A DNA stretch of 39,824 bases from positions 1 to 39,824 of the forward strand of contig MNWW01000030.1 in NCBI GenBank assembly GCA_001871415.1, given 5' to 3'. The notes below the pieces were generated by a model. It saw nothing but the letters and a program-made list of their open reading frames with translations. It made no database searches and was not told where the DNA came from. This document shows, in pieces, positions 36,146-39,824 of this stretch (the first letter of the stretch is position 1; the number at the start of each line of letters is the position of its first letter). Source of the stretch: Candidatus Woesearchaeota archaeon CG1_02_57_44. GTDB taxonomy: Archaea > Nanobdellota > Nanobdellia > Woesearchaeales > CG1-02-57-44. A program made the translations under genes and the position numbers.

Positions 36146-36306
36146 GCATCCGCGTGGATATGCGAGGGAAGTGGCTGTCGCTCGCGCTGATACTGCTGGA
36201 CGGGGCGCTGCTCTTGTATGGCTTCATGTTCGGCGGGCTTCTGTTCATTGTGGTCGGGCTCGCGCTCGCGTGGGTGCTCGGGAGGATGTGGAAGGGCAAG
36301 CAGTGA
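36142..36306 (+). CDS. Small two-TM membrane protein (54 aa)
   Basis: Manual translation MSIRVDMRGKWLSLALILLDGALLLYGFMFGGLLFIVVGLALAWVLGRMWKGKQ; ATGA overlap with rtcA stop. Confidence 0.65.
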   Translation: MSIRVDMRGKWLSLALILLDGALLLYGFMFGGLLFIVVGLALAWVLGRMWKGKQ

Positions 36307-36404
36307 AAGCTGTTGTCCGCCACACGCTCATCCTTGGTCCGCCCGCTTTCTCGCTTCACTGGTCTTTGGATGGGATGGCGCCTTGAGCCCATACTACTTC
36401 CTTT

Positions 36405-36674
36405 CTATCGCCACTCCAGCAGTGTCGTCTGCACGCCTTGCTGGCGCGGGGGAAGTGGTATGAGGAGGAGCGACGCTCGCTTCGCCGCGAAGTCCGCCGC
36501 GCGCAGGCACAGGTGCAATGAGCGCTTGCGACGCTTCCTCACCACGTCCATGCGCACCCAGCCATGCCGGGTCAGGACGTGCAGGATGATCGCGACACGC
36601 TCCAGACGATGATTAAAGTCCTGCCTGAAGCGCATGCGGTCGTTGGGAAGACTATAGGTCAGACAGATGACCAT
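36405..36674 (-). CDS. Hypothetical basic protein (89 aa)
   Basis: TGATG-coupled to upstream small ORF; ends QTTLLEW. Confidence 0.55.
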   Translation of the reverse strand: MVICLTYSLPNDRMRFRQDFNHRLERVAIILHVLTRHGWVRMDVVRKRRKRSLHLCLRAADFAAKRASLLLIPLPPRQQGVQTTLLEWR

Positions 36675-36802
36675 CAGGACTCACCCATGCATGATAAGAG
36701 AAGCCTGAGGGGGAGCAGGATGACCGCGAGAAATGCCACCTTGAAGCACTGCATAGTCAGACTGCCGGAGAGCCGTGCCGGGTCAGGATATAGCATGGCC
36801 AT
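36674..36802 (-). CDS. Hypothetical small hydrophobic protein (42 aa)
   Basis: MAMLYPDPARLSGSLTMQCFKVAFLAVILLPLRLLLSCMGES; starts 4 nt after previous stop and its stop overlaps the next start. Confidence 0.4.
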   Translation of the reverse strand: MAMLYPDPARLSGSLTMQCFKVAFLAVILLPLRLLLSCMGES

Positions 36803-36806
36803 GGTG

Positions 36807-36941
36807 TCAGCATCCTTCGGCCGGGTACCGGTAGATGGACAGCAACAGCATGCTGCAGAATCCCCGCACGATGAACCACTCAAGACCGTCTTTGACCTTC
36901 CGGCTTCGCTTGCCGCGCTCGCGCTTTGACAGCGGTCTCAT
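36807..36941 (-). CDS. Hypothetical small basic/hydrophobic protein (44 aa)
   Basis: Manual translation MRPLSKRERGKRSRKVKDGLEWFIVRGFCSMLLLSIYRYPAEGC; ATGA overlap with AAA stop. Confidence 0.45.
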   Translation of the reverse strand: MRPLSKRERGKRSRKVKDGLEWFIVRGFCSMLLLSIYRYPAEGC

Positions 36942-38374
36942 CCGAACATGACCTTGGGGGGCTCTATGAGAGCGCGGTATGAATCGTCAGGGATATAGCC
37001 AAGCTCCAGATACTGCACCATCAGCTCCTCCCAGACCCTGTCCAGCTCCCGATAGGAGCCGCCTTCGAGGCGACGCGAGAGCATCTCGATATCCAGACCG
37101 GGGATATGCTCACGGGTCTTCTCCGTGAGATACTGCACCCGCTCCTCATGAGTCGGCAAGGGAAACTCTATCTCGACAAAACGGTCGCGAAACGCGGGGT
37201 TGAAGCGCTGCGGCTCGTTCATGGATAATATCAGCGTCCCCTTGAAACTGCGCTTGAATGCACTGTCCAGAAGCTCCTGAAAATCACCCACGAGAAAAGT
37301 ATCCTCGCCGTATCTGTGATTGCCGAAGAGTTTCTCGGCCTCGTCAATGAAGACTATGGCGTTCGGGTGCGTCTCAACCAGACTGATGACCCGTCGCAAT
37401 ACGACCAGAGGATACTGCTTCAGCTTGTCTGATTTGAGCAAAACAAGCGGGCTCTTGAGCTCGCCCGCGATGGCCCTTGCCGTGAATGTCTTTCCTGTGC
37501 CAGCAGGCCCATGGAACAGAAAAAAACAAGAGGTCCTGATTCCCAATGCCTGCGCCCTCACAGACTCCTTCCTGAGCACACAGATGCGCCTCACTGCCCG
37601 CAGCACATCCTTCTTGCCTATCAGGTCAGATAATCCCTGCTTAATGTCACGCAACATATCAAAGTCATCGGGCACACCAAATATCTCATGCATCGCCTTT
37701 CGCAATGTCTTCGCGGTGATGGCATCGGCATATAATGACGCCTGGAAGATGACACGGTCCAAGGCGTCATAACTTTGCTCGTCGGCCGCGTTGACCAGCA
37801 ATGATGCCTGCCTTGCGGACAGCTGTGGGTGGAACAGACGCAGATATCTGAGGCGCTGGGATCTGGAGGGAAGGTCGAATGGCACTGACTCATCCCCACT
37901 GATAACCATTTGCTCTGACTGCACCACAAATAGTGGGATGCCCCGGTGTCGTGATTCTCTCTTTATCCGCAGGAATAACTGCGCAGCCCTATAGAAATCT
38001 GGTGACTCGTTATCCCCAGCGAAGTGTGGTACTGCACCAAGAAAGATAATACCATTCATCTTGGGTACGCAGTCAAGCAGTTCCGTGAGCGTCTGACATT
38101 GGATGCCCATGCCCGGAAGGCCAATCGTTGCGACAGGAGCTAGTGTCCGGGCAAGAGCTTTTGCGAGCAATATTGAACCAGAGCCTTCGTACCTTGTAAA
38201 TGCCAGTTGGCTTACTGGACTTGTACCCAGGCGCTCTGGATGGGACAAGAGCAACTTGTAGTGCTCAGGGATATTGCAGAGCTCAAGGGCCTGCGCGACG
38301 GAGAGGTCTGGATCCGCTCGCTGATACCCCTGCCCATCAGGACGGGAGGGAAGTGGCTCATCAGGAGATCTCAT
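36938..38374 (-). CDS. Classical-clade AAA+ ATPase, degenerate D1 and intact D2
   Basis: D2: FHGPAGTGKT, IVFIDEAE, SMN, PAFRDRF, IEFPLP..EER. D1: YEGSGSILLAKALA lacks the Walker A Lys. ATGA-coupled start. Confidence 0.9.
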   Translation of the reverse strand: MRSPDEPLPSRPDGQGYQRADPDLSVAQALELCNIPEHYKLLLSHPERLGTSPVSQLAFTRYEGSGSILLAKALARTLAPVATIGLPGMGIQCQTLTELLDCVPKMNGIIFLGAVPHFAGDNESPDFYRAAQLFLRIKRESRHRGIPLFVVQSEQMVISGDESVPFDLPSRSQRLRYLRLFHPQLSARQASLLVNAADEQSYDALDRVIFQASLYADAITAKTLRKAMHEIFGVPDDFDMLRDIKQGLSDLIGKKDVLRAVRRICVLRKESVRAQALGIRTSCFFLFHGPAGTGKTFTARAIAGELKSPLVLLKSDKLKQYPLVVLRRVISLVETHPNAIVFIDEAEKLFGNHRYGEDTFLVGDFQELLDSAFKRSFKGTLILSMNEPQRFNPAFRDRFVEIEFPLPTHEERVQYLTEKTREHIPGLDIEMLSRRLEGGSYRELDRVWEELMVQYLELGYIPDDSYRALIEPPKVMFG

Positions 38375-38997
38375 CTCACTTCCTCTTTGGGCGTCAGCTT
38401 CGCGCCCAGATATTTCTTCTTCAGCCACGGCGCGCAATACATGGGCACCTTGGATTCGGTCACAGGACCATTCACCAGTATGATGTCAGCGTCAATTGGG
38501 TCATCAGACTCCTGTATCTCGATGCGCCCGGCTTCCACGAGCGTGATGAGCGCTGCCATGTCCCAAGTGGAGGACGCCAGCTGATTCTTCATGGCCACAG
38601 CAAGGGACATGACGAAGCGGCGCACATCATCCGGCTCACGCGCTATCGCCTGCATGACCTTGGGATAGTCCCACATGCGATGGTGCGCGAGGTCATAGTC
38701 GCCCTCTGCGTCCTGCTCATCGAGGACCTGCTTTGGCAGGCACAGGAAGAGCGCAATCGCCTCCTCCTGAAGCTCTGGACTGTGCACCCATGCTGAGTCA
38801 CCGTCATCAGTGGGAGGCTCCTCACAGCCCTCAGGAAGGATGGCATAGCAGTAATTGCTGCCCTCTGCCTTGAACGGCGGCTTGCCGCGCACCACTCTCG
38901 CGCTGTCGGCCTTCTCAGCCAGACCTATATCGCCGCCCAATGCCCTATACTGCTCGATGAATCGCTCTGCTTCTTGGTCCATGATAGCATCTGTCAT
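38371..38997 (-). CDS. Hypothetical acidic protein (208 aa)
   Basis: Clean ORF after AT-rich promoter region; stop overlaps AAA start. Confidence 0.78.
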   Translation of the reverse strand: MTDAIMDQEAERFIEQYRALGGDIGLAEKADSARVVRGKPPFKAEGSNYCYAILPEGCEEPPTDDGDSAWVHSPELQEEAIALFLCLPKQVLDEQDAEGDYDLAHHRMWDYPKVMQAIAREPDDVRRFVMSLAVAMKNQLASSTWDMAALITLVEAGRIEIQESDDPIDADIILVNGPVTESKVPMYCAPWLKKKYLGAKLTPKEEVR

Positions 38998-39108
38998 GTA
39001 TCCTGTTTAATATATATTTCTATATTCCAGTAGAATAATTTAAATAATAGTATAATCTACCATCAAGTGATGGAAAACCTTTTAACCTCCCCTGATGACC
39101 AGCGATGC
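38998..39108. promoter_or_regulatory. AT-rich divergent promoter region with palindromic candidate operators
   Basis: TTTAAAT 39039-39045, TTTTAA 39080-39085; CCATCA-ag-TGATGG 39060-39073; GTAGA...TCTAC 39030-39060. Confidence 0.6.
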
Positions 39109-39708
39109 ATGGGGAAGAAGGTATTGATAGCATCGCTTTATTCCGCAGACCCGGTCATCTTGGCTGTGACGCGACTGGGCGCTGAACGGCTCATCCTCCT
39201 GGTGGATGATGACGCCAACAAGGAGCAGGAGAAGTCACTAAAGCTCATCCAGGACTCGCTGGGAAGGGTCATCGACGTCAAGACTGTCAAGGTCGGCACG
39301 TACGACGTGCTGGGCACGGCCCGGAAGGTGGCTGAGGTCATCATGATGCAGCCCAGCGAAGACTGGATATACGTCAATGTCACGGGCGGCAGGAAGACCA
39401 AGGCATTGGGATTGCTGTATGGAGCATACGCCAGAGCTGAACGAGTGCGCAAGATCGCCTATAACGCCGACGACAAGAAGACCGTCGTGTACCTGCCCAA
39501 GATGGGCTATAACCTGAAAGACAGCGAGAAGACGGTCCTTGACGCGGTGGCGTCAGGCAGGTACACTACGCTTGCGGCTCTCGCCGAAGGCGTCGATATC
39601 TCACGCGCCATGCTGTATCGCAATGTCAAGGAGCTGGAGGCGAACGGATACCTCGACATGACGGATGGGATCAGATTGACGATGGCTGGAGAATTGGTGA
39701 GGGTGTGA
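39109..39708 (+). CDS. Csa3-like CARF-winged-HTH transcriptional regulator
   Basis: KVLIASLY, ERLILL, IYVNVTGGRKT (CARF motif), LP linker, then TLAALAEGVDISRAMLYRNVKELEANGYL...LT.AGEL wHTH. Confidence 0.88.
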   Translation: MGKKVLIASLYSADPVILAVTRLGAERLILLVDDDANKEQEKSLKLIQDSLGRVIDVKTVKVGTYDVLGTARKVAEVIMMQPSEDWIYVNVTGGRKTKALGLLYGAYARAERVRKIAYNADDKKTVVYLPKMGYNLKDSEKTVLDAVASGRYTTLAALAEGVDISRAMLYRNVKELEANGYLDMTDGIRLTMAGELVRV

Positions 39709-39824
39709 TGAATGCACAGTCCAAGATTGCTATTGCTGATTTAATGAATCAGATCACTGTCGAAGATGTGACATCAATTGAAAAAATTGCAGAGGAGTGC
39801 CTTAAGAGATTATGTATGTTTAAG
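39708..39824 (+). CDS. AT-rich hypothetical protein, N-terminal fragment
   Basis: TGATG-coupled to the CARF gene; open to the window end (MNAQSKIAIADLMNQITVEDVTSIEKIAEECLKRLCMFK). Confidence 0.6.
   Translation, partial: MNAQSKIAIADLMNQITVEDVTSIEKIAEECLKRLCMFK

Noticed and set aside
36120..36392. 90-aa minus-strand ORF continuing the AAA operon
   Set aside because: Mostly antisense to the 36142-36306 membrane ORF and the rtcA 3' end, with a Ser/Pro-rich shadow composition.
35066..39708. Split RtcR-like system (CARF + AAA + HTH near rtcA)
   Set aside because: The AAA is classical-clade with no GAFTGA motif, rtcA is convergent with its own promoter, and rtcB is absent; proximity is probably coincidental.
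38998..39824. CRISPR array or leader next to the Csa3-like gene
   Set aside because: No regularly spaced direct repeats were seen anywhere in the window; the AT-rich stretch is explained by divergent promoters.

Overview
High-GC archaeal chromosomal segment. TFS, NMD3, Dph6, a Sec11-type signal peptidase, a PGF-pre-PGF surface protein and TATA boxes about 24 nt before leaderless ATGs mark it as archaeal; the gene style suggests a DPANN/Woesearchaeota-like lineage (inference). Left third (1-16.4 kb): housekeeping and metabolic genes (tmk fragment, yggS, Dph6 fused to a class I glutamine amidotransferase, mscL, a bacterial-type proB-proC-proA operon, DUF2157/GDYXXLXY pair, glyA, phosphohexomutase, dCMP deaminase, PduO-type adenosyltransferase, DUF167, TFS, signal peptidase I). 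Middle (16.5-32.3 kb): a co-oriented cluster of large secreted, sequon-rich, domain-shuffled surface proteins. Right end: NMD3, DUF296, a TIM-barrel protein, rtcA, then an AT-richer module in which a Csa3-like CARF-wHTH regulator is divergent from a translationally coupled operon (hypothetical protein, D1-degenerate AAA+ ATPase, small ORFs). No rRNA, tRNA, CRISPR array or transposase was seen. Best leads: the Dph6-GATase fusion, the CARF/AAA module, a PHPT1/Janus-like protein, and structured leaders upstream of proB and glyA. All calls are from motif reading by eye; no searches were run.
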